From Acidobacteriota bacterium (GTDB lineage Bacteria > Acidobacteriota > Terriglobia > Terriglobales > Acidobacteriaceae), in NCBI GenBank assembly GCA_028876395.1, contig JAGWRX010000025.1, positions 4,789 to 68,788 of the forward strand: a stretch of 64,000 nt of DNA. The letters are read 5' to 3'. Under the pieces are notes generated by a model. That model was given only the letters and a program-made list of their open reading frames with translations. It had not been told where the DNA came from and searched no databases. A program made the position numbers and the translations under genes. Shown here in pieces: positions 1 through 9,478 of the stretch (the first letter of the stretch is position 1; every line of letters starts with the position of its first letter).

Positions 1-878
1 TTGAAACCAAGCCAACCCTCGAGGGAGCGGGCGTCAAGCTGCAGCGCGCCTTCGGCTTTGGCAAGACGAAGGAGTTCGATCCGTTCCTGTTGCTGGACGA
101 TTTCCGCAACGAGAACCCTGCCGACTACCTGGCCGGATTCCCCTGGCATCCCCACCGCGGCATCGAGACCATCACCTACGTGCTGGCCGGCGAAGTGGCG
201 CATGGCGACAGCCTCGGCAACAAGGGCCGCATGACCGCAGGCGACGTGCAGTGGATGACCGCAGGCAGCGGCATCCTCCACCAGGAGATGCCCAAAGGCG
301 ATGAGCGGGGCCGCATGCACGGCTTCCAGTTGTGGGCCAACCTGCCCGCATCGCTCAAGATGACCGAGCCGCGCTATCAGGACATTCCGTCGAACGCCAT
401 CCCCGAGGTCACCGAGGACGACGGCACCCATGCGCGCATCATCTGCGGCGAATTCTGGGGCAAGCGCGGTCCCGTCGAGGGCGTCGCGGCCGACCCCAGC
501 TACGTCGATATCTCCGTGCCGCCGGGCAAGCGCCGCCGCATCCAGGTGGACGTAACGCGCAACGCCTTCGCCTATGTTTTCGCCGGCGCGGGCACCTTCC
601 GTGACGCATCGGCGCCGCAGGCCGTGCTCACCGAGTCGGCCGTGGACCCCAACGCCCTGGCCGAGTACGACGCGAAGAACCACTCGCTCGTCCTCTTCGA
701 TCGCGGCGATGAAATCGTCGTCCAGGCCGGCCCGGAGGGCATCCGCTTCCTGCTCGTCTCCGGCAAGCCGCTGGAAGAGCCGGTGGCGTGGTACGGGCCC
801 ATCGTCATGAACACGCAGGCCGAGCTGCAGCAGGCCATGCGCGAACTGCAGAACGGCTCGTTCATCAAGCACAGCTAA
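1..878 (+). CDS. Pirin family protein (5' end outside the window)
   Basis: Frame is open from position 3 (ETKPTLEGAGVKLQRAFG...DPFLLLD); pirin motifs FPWHPHRGIETITY, GDVQWMTAGSGILHQE, FQLWANLP and EPVAWYGPIVMN. Confidence 0.95.
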   Translation, partial: ETKPTLEGAGVKLQRAFGFGKTKEFDPFLLLDDFRNENPADYLAGFPWHPHRGIETITYVLAGEVAHGDSLGNKGRMTAGDVQWMTAGSGILHQEMPKGDERGRMHGFQLWANLPASLKMTEPRYQDIPSNAIPEVTEDDGTHARIICGEFWGKRGPVEGVAADPSYVDISVPPGKRRRIQVDVTRNAFAYVFAGAGTFRDASAPQAVLTESAVDPNALAEYDAKNHSLVLFDRGDEIVVQAGPEGIRFLLVSGKPLEEPVAWYGPIVMNTQAELQQAMRELQNGSFIKHS

Positions 879-904
879 GGCGGACTGAGAAGGCTGAACT
901 GGCG

Positions 905-936
905 AGGGTGCGACTTCGGTCGCGCCCTTTCTTTTT
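905..936 (+). terminator. Rho-independent terminator after pirin
   Basis: AGGGTGCGAC-TTCG-GTCGCGCCCT stem-loop followed by TTCTTTTT. Confidence 0.85.
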
Positions 937-1375
937 GGCGTGGCCCGGCCGTTCCGATCCTTTCATTGTGGGTCAGACCTGCGCACCCGCCGCGAGCGAC
1001 ATCACGGCCAGACGTGATTCCAGGCACAGACTAAACGGCAGCTTCAGATTAAAAAGTTAGAGCTGCGTACGCTGCTTTTCTTCCTTGAGTGGATCTCGCT
1101 GTCAGAGGAGAGCGGAGATCCGTACGATCCCGGGGCTCGGTTACACGTTTCGTATACCCACGACGAGTGCAAGAACTGAGGCATGCACCGCGGGCTGTTC
1201 TGAAAAAATCGCGGAATCTCACGCTCCGCAAGTGGATGTGTGATCTGGAGGGGAGAGCCCAATGGGTTCTCCCCTCCAACTACTAGCACGCATTCGGCCT
1301 GGCTCAGATCAGTCGAGAAGAGCGCACATCTGGCAGGCCATGCGGCTTGGCAACCTCGCATCAAGGAGAACTGCA

Positions 1376-2953
1376 ATGAGGATTCAACGCTGTCTCGCTC
1401 TTGGGTTGGCCGGGCTCAGCCTGGCATTGTGTTTTGGCGTGTCGTTGGCCTGGGCTGGGGATCGCGCTGCCGCCGCAACCGATCCGCTCAGCAACATCAA
1501 TCGGCTCCCTGCTGCACTCGAGCGGACGGTCGGACTGTTGCGCACCGACCTCAATGCGAACGGTTTCGCGGTCGCGCGGGGCTACTGGACGCTGTGGGGC
1601 GTGAACGACTGCAAGTATCCGCTTCAGTCGGTCGGCTACTGCTACGGCAACAATCCGACAGCGCCGTACGTGCTTGCAGTGGTGCCAACGTGGAAAGACG
1701 AGTACGTAGAGCAGAAGTTCCATCACCTGCTGAACGAGTCGCTACGCAATATGAACGCAATCCACAGGCTGGACCAGCGCGAGGCTCTTGTCGTCGTGGC
1801 CCAGCTTCCTCCAGAGGCGCGCTATTTCGGGATCGGGTCGAACGTTTTCACGCGAGAAGCTGCCTTCGACCCGAATACTACGACTGATCCGATCTATCCG
1901 AAAGTCACTGATCCGCTGCTTCGGAGCATCCTGTTTGGCGCCTCGCCCGATCCCTCGCGGAGGATGATGGTGGCAAGCATCGGCAACAGCACGAACAACG
2001 CCGTCATCGAAAAGCAGACGGGAGAGACCCCGTGGAGCAGGCCGGCCTACTTTGTGATTACGTCCGACGCCGACATGGAGGCCGAGATGATCAACGCGCT
2101 TGAACACGCCGGCGCTTCCTCGTCCGACATCTTCACGGAGCCGGTCGCGCCCGAACTGGTCAAGCTGGGACTCGACCGCTCAGCGGATGATCTGATCACC
2201 TACATCCGATATTCCATGCCCGTCGATAAGGTGGCGGGTGAGCAATGGCGCCAGACTCTGCCCCTCACCATCCTCCGCGTCCGCGACGTGAGCTCGCGGC
2301 GGTACGACAATCCCCTTCCGATCCCCGCATACGGGCTACGAACGGCGAACTACGATGAGAACCAGTTGACCAGCGACTTCGCGGCGCTCCGGGACGCCGT
2401 AATCGCCAACTGGGGACAACAAACACAGGCGACCGTCGCCCCATTCTTCAGCGGCTACAAGTACCTTGATCTCATCGGCCAGCACTGCCTTGGTTATCCT
2501 GATCCGACGCGTGGTCCGATGGACTGCCTGGGCGACTCGCCGGATGCCGATTACCAGATCAGCGCGTCGGCGCAGATCGACGATGGCCAGGTTATCGCCG
2601 TGGTCGGGACGCTCTCGAAGGAGACGGGGAATGCGCTGTACACCAGCCTGTCGGTGAACTGGTTCCCTGAACTCGTCGGCGTCGCGAACATCGATGACAC
2701 CGAGCTCAAGGGATCCGCTTCGGGCATCCCCGGCGCACCGTCCAATTCCGACCTGTTCTATGTGTATTACGTAGCTCGCGACTGCACTGGCCTGACTCAC
2801 TGCATCGAGATTCCAACAAAGCTTGTGCCGGCCGGTGAGATCATCAAATTTATTCAGCGCAACTATATCAATCCGGGCTCGGTAAGCGGGCCGGACCCGG
2901 CAAAGATTCTCAACCCCGTCACGATCGTTCTCGATGGACGGAATCGTCCGTGA
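1376..2953 (+). CDS. Secreted hypothetical protein, about 525 aa
   Basis: AGGAG RBS before ATG 1376; N-terminal signal peptide (MRIQRCLALGLAGLSLALCFGVSLAWA); long clean ORF; no family recognised. Confidence 0.8.
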   Translation: MRIQRCLALGLAGLSLALCFGVSLAWAGDRAAAATDPLSNINRLPAALERTVGLLRTDLNANGFAVARGYWTLWGVNDCKYPLQSVGYCYGNNPTAPYVLAVVPTWKDEYVEQKFHHLLNESLRNMNAIHRLDQREALVVVAQLPPEARYFGIGSNVFTREAAFDPNTTTDPIYPKVTDPLLRSILFGASPDPSRRMMVASIGNSTNNAVIEKQTGETPWSRPAYFVITSDADMEAEMINALEHAGASSSDIFTEPVAPELVKLGLDRSADDLITYIRYSMPVDKVAGEQWRQTLPLTILRVRDVSSRRYDNPLPIPAYGLRTANYDENQLTSDFAALRDAVIANWGQQTQATVAPFFSGYKYLDLIGQHCLGYPDPTRGPMDCLGDSPDADYQISASAQIDDGQVIAVVGTLSKETGNALYTSLSVNWFPELVGVANIDDTELKGSASGIPGAPSNSDLFYVYYVARDCTGLTHCIEIPTKLVPAGEIIKFIQRNYINPGSVSGPDPAKILNPVTIVLDGRNRP

Positions 2954-2977
2954 GTACAAGTGCATGATCTATGCGGC

Positions 2978-3101
2978 GGGTGGCCCGGGTGCCTCGCTTT
3001 TGATGGGCACCCGGGATCGCAACATCCCGGCTTTCTTTTCCCAGCCACAAACTCGGAGTGCCCCATCCATGGCGTCCGCCTCAGCGGACGACATGGGTGG
3101 G
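2978..3101. repeat. Two REP-like intergenic palindromes
   Basis: GGGTGG-CCCGGGTGCC...GGCACCCGGG (stem 2984-3015) and GTGCCCCATCCATG-GCGTCCGC-CTCA-GCGGACGA-CATGGGTGGG (about 3058-3101). Confidence 0.55.
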
Positions 3102-3337
3102 AAACCACAAATCTCACCCAGCCACTCCCTCAAAAATCCCTCCTGCACTTTGCATATAATTTCCCCTCAATCCCGCACAATGGAATTGCAGCAGTAGACT
3201 TCCGCAAGGCATGGGGCCAGTCGGTGCAGGGGGTACCCCCTCCCCCCTACCCCCCCTTTTTATTTGCAGTTTTCCACAGAATGCTTGCAGAAAATTACCG
3301 CGACGTGTGATCCAACCTTCAGCACTGCGCGCGGCCA

Positions 3338-4234
3338 TCATTTCTCCATGGGCAAATCAGCCGAGAGGACGTTCAACGGCGTCAACCCGCGCTGGCGCAG
3401 GGCGCGCAGGCTCAGCGCGTCATGCCGTTTGGCCAGCCGCCGCCCATGCTGGTCCACAATCAGGCGGCAGTGGAACCATGCGGGGTTGGCAAAATCCAGC
3501 GCGCGATTCAGCAGCATCTGCCGCGCGGTGGACTTCAGCAGGTCGGCGCCGCGCACTACTTCGGTGATGTGCATGGCCGCGTCGTCGGCCACGCAGGCAA
3601 GCTGATAGCTGGGCACATCGTCGCGCCTCCACACCACAAAGTCGCCAAAGTCGCGGCCTGCGATAAAGCGCTGCGGGCCGAGGTTCAGGTCGTCGAACTC
3701 AATCGCCTCGCCATCGGGCACGCGAAAGCGCCAGTTGATGCCTTTGGGCTCGCTCGCATCAAACACGGTGCGCTGTGCGGGGCGGCATGTGCCGGGATAC
3801 ATGGGCTCGTCGTCCTGCGGCTCCAGCTTGCCCTGGGCGTTCTCATGCGGAGCGCTCAACGCCGCGGCCAGATCCTTTCGCGAACAGCGGCAGGGGTAGA
3901 TGAATCCACCTGTGACGAGCTTGCGCCACGCGGCAAGATACACATCGCGCCGCTGGCTCTGCACATACGGCGCATAGGGTCCGCCCTTGTCCGGCCCTTC
4001 GTGCCAGCGGATGCCGAGCCAGCGCAGGTCTTCGAGAGCGGCCTGGGCGTACTCAGCGCGGCAGCGGTCGGGGTCCAGGTCTTCCATGCGCATGACCAGC
4101 GCGCCACTGGCATCGCGGGCGCGCTGAAAGGCTGTCCAGAAGGTGCGCGCGTGGCCCACGTGCAGGTAGCCCGTGGGCGACGGCGCAAGCCTGCCGCGAT
4201 AGCTCGAGGTTGGAGATGGAAAGAGGCTGACCAC
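3338..4234 (-). CDS. gluQ: tRNA glutamyl-Q(34) synthetase GluQRS
   Basis: RLAPSPTGYLHVGH (HIGH-like), RMEDLD, YPCRCSRK, YQLACVADD, VVRGADL, RLAKR; about 300 aa with no anticodon-binding domain; GTG start is approximate. Confidence 0.92.
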   Translation of the reverse strand: MVSLFPSPTSSYRGRLAPSPTGYLHVGHARTFWTAFQRARDASGALVMRMEDLDPDRCRAEYAQAALEDLRWLGIRWHEGPDKGGPYAPYVQSQRRDVYLAAWRKLVTGGFIYPCRCSRKDLAAALSAPHENAQGKLEPQDDEPMYPGTCRPAQRTVFDASEPKGINWRFRVPDGEAIEFDDLNLGPQRFIAGRDFGDFVVWRRDDVPSYQLACVADDAAMHITEVVRGADLLKSTARQMLLNRALDFANPAWFHCRLIVDQHGRRLAKRHDALSLRALRQRGLTPLNVLSADLPMEK

Positions 4235-4290
4235 ACTTTCAACAGTGTATCCAGAGGGGGGCCGGCGAACGGGCCTGCTATGCTGCGTGC

Positions 4291-4959
4291 ATGAAGCTGA
4301 GAGCCATTGCGGTTCTTCTTGCGCTGCTGGCCCCGCTGGCCGGATGCGGCCCGCAGCGGCACGGTGCGGCGGACGCCCGGACGACGCGGCCGCACGTGGA
4401 CGCAGGCAGTGCGGCTGCGGGGGCCGGGTTCGACTTCTATCTGCTGAATCTGTCATGGTCTCCAGAGTTCTGCCACGCGCATCCGGATGCGGTGGAGTGT
4501 GCGGAACACGCACGGTTTGTGCTGCACGGTCTATGGCCGCAGAACATGGATGGAACCTATCCGGAGAACTGCTCGAATGCGCCGGAGCCCGCGAATCCGG
4601 CTGAATATGCGGACATCTACCCCGAGGCGGGACTGCTGAGGCATGAGTGGCGCGCGCATGGCACCTGCTCGGGGCTCAGCGCGGATGCGTTCTTCACGGC
4701 CGCGCGGACGGCGTACCGGTCGGTGCGGATTCCGGCGCAACTGAACGCGATTGCGGCGCAGACGTCGATGACGCCGGAGGAGATTGCTGGAGCGTTTGCG
4801 GCGAGTAATGCGGGGATTCCGCGGGCGGCCGTGGTGGTGAGCTGCGGGCACAACTACCTGACCGCGGCGGAGGTGTGTCTGGACAAGAGCCTGAAGCCGA
4901 TGGCGTGTCCGGCGCTGCGCGCGTGCCGGGCAAATACGGTGCGGATTCCAGCGCCATGA
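4291..4959 (+). CDS. Ribonuclease T2 family lipoprotein
   Basis: CAS I FVLHGLWP, CAS II LLRHEWRAHGTC, LSWSPEFC; lipobox LAGC. Confidence 0.92.
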   Translation: MKLRAIAVLLALLAPLAGCGPQRHGAADARTTRPHVDAGSAAAGAGFDFYLLNLSWSPEFCHAHPDAVECAEHARFVLHGLWPQNMDGTYPENCSNAPEPANPAEYADIYPEAGLLRHEWRAHGTCSGLSADAFFTAARTAYRSVRIPAQLNAIAAQTSMTPEEIAGAFAASNAGIPRAAVVVSCGHNYLTAAEVCLDKSLKPMACPALRACRANTVRIPAP

Positions 4960-4975
4960 GGGGCGGGAGCAGGTC

Positions 4976-5485
4976 CTAGTCTGAAACGTCCTGATCCGTG
5001 TCGCTGTTCTGGTGATGATGCTCGTAGTGTCCGACGCTTTCGTTCAGTTGATCGGGATCGACCGAGACTTGCACTACGTCCAGCTCATGCCCGTCGAGAT
5101 CCACCACAAACAGGCCCATGCGCTGGCCTTCGGGATGCATGAAGATGAGCGTTTGCTCGTTGCCCTGGCGGCTGGTTTCGCGGATGACGCGCTCCCAGTT
5201 TGCGCCCAGATCGGCTTGCACCAGCCGGTTTAGCTCCTCACCATCCACAGGCGCGGAAAAGTCGTCGAACTCGGCGACGTGCAGGTTGGCGACGCCCTGA
5301 TGCGTGGCAGCGCGCGAGACAAAGCTGATGAGCCCGAGCAGTGGAATGCGCGTTGCATGCGCGTGGTAGCGATGCTCCAGAGAGCGCACCACGCTGTTGA
5401 AGCCGCCACCGCCGCTGCCGGCGAGCACGACCACGGGAACCAGCAGCGCCACAACGCATATGGGAATCCAGACGAGACGCCTCAT
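4976..5485 (-). CDS. Exported hypothetical protein (DUF4252-like)
   Basis: Signal/TM segment; WERVIRETSR resembles WSPMVRERER of the neighbouring DUF4252-type gene; ATGA overlap with upstream gene. Confidence 0.65.
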   Translation of the reverse strand: MRRLVWIPICVVALLVPVVVLAGSGGGGFNSVVRSLEHRYHAHATRIPLLGLISFVSRAATHQGVANLHVAEFDDFSAPVDGEELNRLVQADLGANWERVIRETSRQGNEQTLIFMHPEGQRMGLFVVDLDGHELDVVQVSVDPDQLNESVGHYEHHHQNSDTDQDVSD

Positions 5486-6096
5486 TGCGCACCGTCCTTT
5501 TGCGCCTTCTCTGCCTTTTGCGCCTTGTCAGCCTTGCGGGCGTTGCCCTGCTTGTCCTTTGAGATGTCGCCCAGCGAGCCCAGGCCGCCGAGCGAGCCCA
5601 GCTTGCCCATATCCTGCATGCGAATGGGGCCGAGGATGAGCACGATGGTCAGCTCCTTTGGCGCGGCCTCCAGCACGAACATGCCGCGCGATTCGCCGTT
5701 GACCATCTTGAAGAGGACGTCGGTGGTTTCGCCGGTTTTGCGTTCGCGCTCACGCACCATGGGCGACCACTCGCTGGTCTCGAAGTGCTTACGCAGTTGC
5801 TCCACCATCTCCGGCGAGTACTGCCCTTCCTTGTCGAACTCATACTCGCGGACGTAGATGCCGTCGAGGCCCTGAATGAACTGGCTGCTGGCGGCTTCGT
5901 CCTTGCCCTTGTCTTTCATGAATTTCGAGGCAAAGCCGAGCATGTTCTTGTCCAGCGTGACCTCGGTGACGTTGGAGGCGCGCGCGGCCAGCTCCTTTTC
6001 GACAGCCGAGGGCAACGGCAAAGGCAAAGTCTGCGCCAGCGCTGGCGCGGCGAGTGCGGCTGCGGCCATCACGAAAACTGCAATACGGTTCTTCAT
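5482..6096 (-). CDS. DUF4252 domain exported protein
   Basis: Signal peptide; VTEVTLDKNML, GIYVREYEFDKEG, PKELTIVLILGPI pattern. Confidence 0.75.
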   Translation of the reverse strand: MKNRIAVFVMAAAALAAPALAQTLPLPLPSAVEKELAARASNVTEVTLDKNMLGFASKFMKDKGKDEAASSQFIQGLDGIYVREYEFDKEGQYSPEMVEQLRKHFETSEWSPMVRERERKTGETTDVLFKMVNGESRGMFVLEAAPKELTIVLILGPIRMQDMGKLGSLGGLGSLGDISKDKQGNARKADKAQKAEKAQKDGAQ

Positions 6097-6107
6097 CAAC
6101 TTTCTCC

Positions 6108-6434
6108 TTACTCCTGATCGTTGCGGTCGTGGGAGACGAGCCGCTCATTCATTTCGTTGAGCGCGTGATTTGTGATGCGCAGCGCGGTCAGAACCTGCCG
6201 GCGCGCTTCTTCGCCTTTGCGGCGCTCCTCCGCGCGATGCCAGGCAAAAGCGCCGCCAAGCACGGCTGCCAGCGCGAGCGACGCGGCAAGCCGCTGCCAG
6301 ACGAAAGCGCGCCCCTGCGGACGCTGCCGGCGCCGCTGCTCCATCAGCCTGCGCTTCAGGCTGGGCGGCGCGGGGCGGCGTTCAAATGCCTCGCGCAGTT
6401 CGCGTTCAAAGTCGTCCATCGGTTCAGGCTCCAC
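6108..6434 (-). CDS. Putative membrane anti-sigma factor
   Basis: DDFERELREA..RRPAPPSL N-terminus, single TM helix, directly downstream of an ECF sigma gene. Confidence 0.65.
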   Translation of the reverse strand: MEPEPMDDFERELREAFERRPAPPSLKRRLMEQRRRQRPQGRAFVWQRLAASLALAAVLGGAFAWHRAEERRKGEEARRQVLTALRITNHALNEMNERLVSHDRNDQE

Positions 6435-6942
6435 GGATGTACTCCCTCAAATGATTCGCGGCCTTGGCCCGCAGCAGCTTCAGGCCGCGCTACAGGTGGC
6501 TCTTTACGGTGGCCAGTGGCGCATCGAGCGTGGCCGCAATCTCCTCCGGCGTCAGGTCCTCCTGGTAGCGGAGAACGAGCGCCGCGCGCTGCGGCTCCGG
6601 CAGCGTTGTCAGCAGGCCTTCCAGGCGGGAGCCCAACGGAGAGGTTCTCCCCTCAGGAGGCGCTCCATAGTCTTCGTCCATCTCGACCCACAGGTCCACG
6701 CCGCGCACCTTACGCCGCCGCAGTGCATCCGCCGAGCGGCTCATCGCCACGCGGCGCAGCCAGTTGCACGCGTGCTCGGGCGAATCGATGCGCGCCAGAT
6801 GCCTGTCCAGTTCGAGGAAGACATCCTGCGCCACTTCCTCGGCCAGGCCGCGGTCGCCGGTCATGCGCCACGCCAGCGAGAAGACCATCGACTGGTGCTC
6901 GTCCACGAGTTGTTCAAAGTCCGGCTGCCAGTCGCGGGCCAT
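6424..6942 (-). pseudogene. ECF sigma-70 factor with in-frame TAG at 6490-6492 (truncated, read through, or base-call error)
   Basis: Region 2 AEEVAQDVFL and region 4 LPEPQRAALVLRYQEDLTPEEIAATLDAPLATVKSHL, then TAG, then in-frame RGLKLLRAKAANHLREYIRGA-TGA overlapping the anti-sigma start. Confidence 0.8.
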
Positions 6943-7040
6943 GGGGTTCGCTTCTACTCTCTAATCCGCAGCAAGGGGCGCGCGCGGATGCAGAAAGATA
7001 CGCGCTGGTGCGGAAAAAGTTCGGAAGCTTCTCAGCGTGT

Positions 7041-7937
7041 TCAGGCGCGCTGAGCCATCTCTTTTGCCGCGCGCAGGCCCTCGACCTCATCGCCGGTGGG
7101 GCGAAACTCCATGGCCACCACGTGCTGATACTTGAGCCGCGCCAGCGTGCGGTAGATGTTGGCATAGTTGATTTCGCCCGTGCCCGGCTCATGGCGGCCC
7201 GGCACGTCGGCCACGTGAATCAAGCCGATGACATCGATGTGCTTCTCCAGCTTCTCAATCAGGTTGCCCTCGCCGATTTGCTCATGGAAGAGGTCATAGA
7301 GAAACTGCACTTGCGGATGATTCACGGCACGCACAATCTCAATGGCTTCGGCCGCCGAAGGCAAAAAGTAGTGCGGATTCTCCTCAGGGTCGATGCATTC
7401 CAGCAACAGGCGCACGGGCTGGCCGCTGATCGTGCGGCCCTCGACCATGGCGGCGGCGCGCCTGAGCGTTTCGATGCTGCACTGGTGCTGCGCCTCGCGC
7501 GAGAGCCCGGGCACGCTGTTGCCGGTGAGCACGATCATGGCGGGGCAATCGAGGGTTTCCATGGGCGTCATGGCCTGCTTCAGTTCAGCAAGAAAGGCAT
7601 CGCTTGTGGATGGGTCCGCGATGCCGTGGCGCAGGCCGGCGGTGGCGTCGAATTGAATGCCGAGCCGTTTCCGCGCGGCGTTGGCGCGGGCAAAATCAGC
7701 GGCGGACCAGTTGCGGTACTCGCCCACCAGCTCGACGTTGCTGTAGCCGGCCTCGGCGACTTTCGCCAGCCGCTCTTCAAAGGGCATTTTTGTAAACACC
7801 GTCCAGAGCATGACGGAGAGGGGGAAAGGCGCGGCCTGGTTCGTTGCGGCCGGGCTGCCGTCCACTGCCTGCGATGACGGAGCGGCTGCGCTCAGGGCTG
7901 CGGCAGCCATGCATTGTGCAAACGTACGTCGATCCAT
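7041..7937 (-). CDS. Hydroxypyruvate isomerase-like TIM barrel protein with Tat signal
   Basis: DRRTF Tat-like motif; PFEERL, LYDLFHEQIGEGN, HVADVPGRHEPGTGEINY. Confidence 0.88.
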   Translation of the reverse strand: MDRRTFAQCMAAAALSAAAPSSQAVDGSPAATNQAAPFPLSVMLWTVFTKMPFEERLAKVAEAGYSNVELVGEYRNWSAADFARANAARKRLGIQFDATAGLRHGIADPSTSDAFLAELKQAMTPMETLDCPAMIVLTGNSVPGLSREAQHQCSIETLRRAAAMVEGRTISGQPVRLLLECIDPEENPHYFLPSAAEAIEIVRAVNHPQVQFLYDLFHEQIGEGNLIEKLEKHIDVIGLIHVADVPGRHEPGTGEINYANIYRTLARLKYQHVVAMEFRPTGDEVEGLRAAKEMAQRA

Positions 7938-7956
7938 TTATGTCTCCTGCGCGTGG

Positions 7957-9273
7957 TTATGCTTTTGTCTTCCCTTTGCCTTGGCGGCGCAGTGCCTGCC
8001 AGTCCTTCTCGGTCTGGTCCGCGTAGAGCGTGCCAAACTTGCTCAGCGCCTCGGCAAAGCCACCGCCGGAGCCGAGATACCCGGCAATCACCAGCGGGTC
8101 GCCGGAACGGGCGTGGCCGCGCGCCAGCAGTTCGCCGCAGACTTCAGCAAAGGCCTGAAGCCCCTCGCCGGCCAGATCCTCAATTTCGATGGAGCCCTTG
8201 TGGTCGTTCAGTTGGCGCACCAGGCATGCCCGTCCCGCTAGGTGCGTCCAGCCCAGAAACGGATCGGACTGCACCTGCATGGCGCGCTGGCCTTCCGCCG
8301 CGCGCTGGCCGTTGTGGTGGGGCGGGCGCGCATCGGGCAGCCAGGGCGCATAGGCCGACGCCGCTTCTTCCTTGATTTGCAGAAACAGCGGATCGGCGGG
8401 TCCATTGCCCTCGAAGTAGATGCAGTAATCGCGCAGCCCCACCGAGCCGGTGCCCACCACTTTGAAGGCCACATCCACGGGGCGGTAGAAGGACAGAAGA
8501 TGCTGCCGCTCGGGCTGCAGCATCTCGCGATAGGGGCCGAGCGCGGCCAGCACCCTGACGGCCTGCGCGCCGGTCACTCGGACAAGGGTGGGCTTCTGCT
8601 CCTTGAAGCGGCGGGACCCGCCGGACTTGCCGTGCGCAGGCTCGGTGAGCTGCTCAAGCGTGTGCCGGGGCGTGGCCCGCTCAGCCTTGAGCAGCGCGGC
8701 ATGGACCGGCTGCACCGCGCCGATGCGATGCACCTGAAAGCGCGCCACCTCCAGGCCGGGCATCTGGGCAAAGGCGCGCATCTGCGCGCGGTAGCGCTCG
8801 ATGCACTTCTCCACCGCGTCGCGGGCCGCAGCCTCCTTGTGGCCTGATTCGCGCCCCGCAAGAATGAGCGAAGCGGCCATGCGCTTCAGGTCCCACTCGA
8901 ACGGGCCGCGGATGGTTTCGTCAAAGTCATTGATGTCAAAGACCAACCGCCCGTCGGGCGCGGCGAAGGCGCCCAGGTTGCGCACATGGGCGTCGCCGCA
9001 GAGCTGCGACACGATGCCGGTCGAGGGCAGAGCGGCCAGATCCGCCGCCATCACGGAAGCAGCGCCGCGAAAGTAGCTGAAGGGCGACTGCGCCATCAGT
9101 TGATGCTTGAGCTTCAGCAGTGCTGGAATGCGACCCTGCTCCGCCCGCCGCAGCAGCGCCAGCGGCGGGCTCTTCCGTGCCTTGATGAGAAGTTCGCCGT
9201 GCTGCTGGCGGCCCACCTGCCTGCGCCGCGCCTGGCCAAAATTGCGCCGCTCTTCCGGAGTCGCCCAGTGCAT
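7957..9273 (-). CDS. DUF2252 family (kinase-like) protein
   Basis: SPFSYFRGAA, CGDAHVRNLG, FDINDFDE, FEWDLKR, KVVGTGSVG, LQIKE, LARGHARSGD; start could be 9273 or 9285. Confidence 0.9.
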   Translation of the reverse strand: MHWATPEERRNFGQARRRQVGRQQHGELLIKARKSPPLALLRRAEQGRIPALLKLKHQLMAQSPFSYFRGAASVMAADLAALPSTGIVSQLCGDAHVRNLGAFAAPDGRLVFDINDFDETIRGPFEWDLKRMAASLILAGRESGHKEAAARDAVEKCIERYRAQMRAFAQMPGLEVARFQVHRIGAVQPVHAALLKAERATPRHTLEQLTEPAHGKSGGSRRFKEQKPTLVRVTGAQAVRVLAALGPYREMLQPERQHLLSFYRPVDVAFKVVGTGSVGLRDYCIYFEGNGPADPLFLQIKEEAASAYAPWLPDARPPHHNGQRAAEGQRAMQVQSDPFLGWTHLAGRACLVRQLNDHKGSIEIEDLAGEGLQAFAEVCGELLARGHARSGDPLVIAGYLGSGGGFAEALSKFGTLYADQTEKDWQALRRQGKGKTKA

Positions 9274-9478
9274 GACCGGGAACATACACCCTCGGAACAC
9301 GCGGCGCAACCGGTCCGCGCCGCCGCGAGAGCAGAAGCCGCGCCTGCGGCTTGCTTGTATGCCGGTTTCGCGGCGGGGCCTCATCCCTCCTGATTTACAC
9401 TGCTTGCTGGAAGCCCGGCACCCGGTTCTGCCCTTCCAAAGATGTCTCGCCGGGCACCGACCCACCGGAGGGACACCC

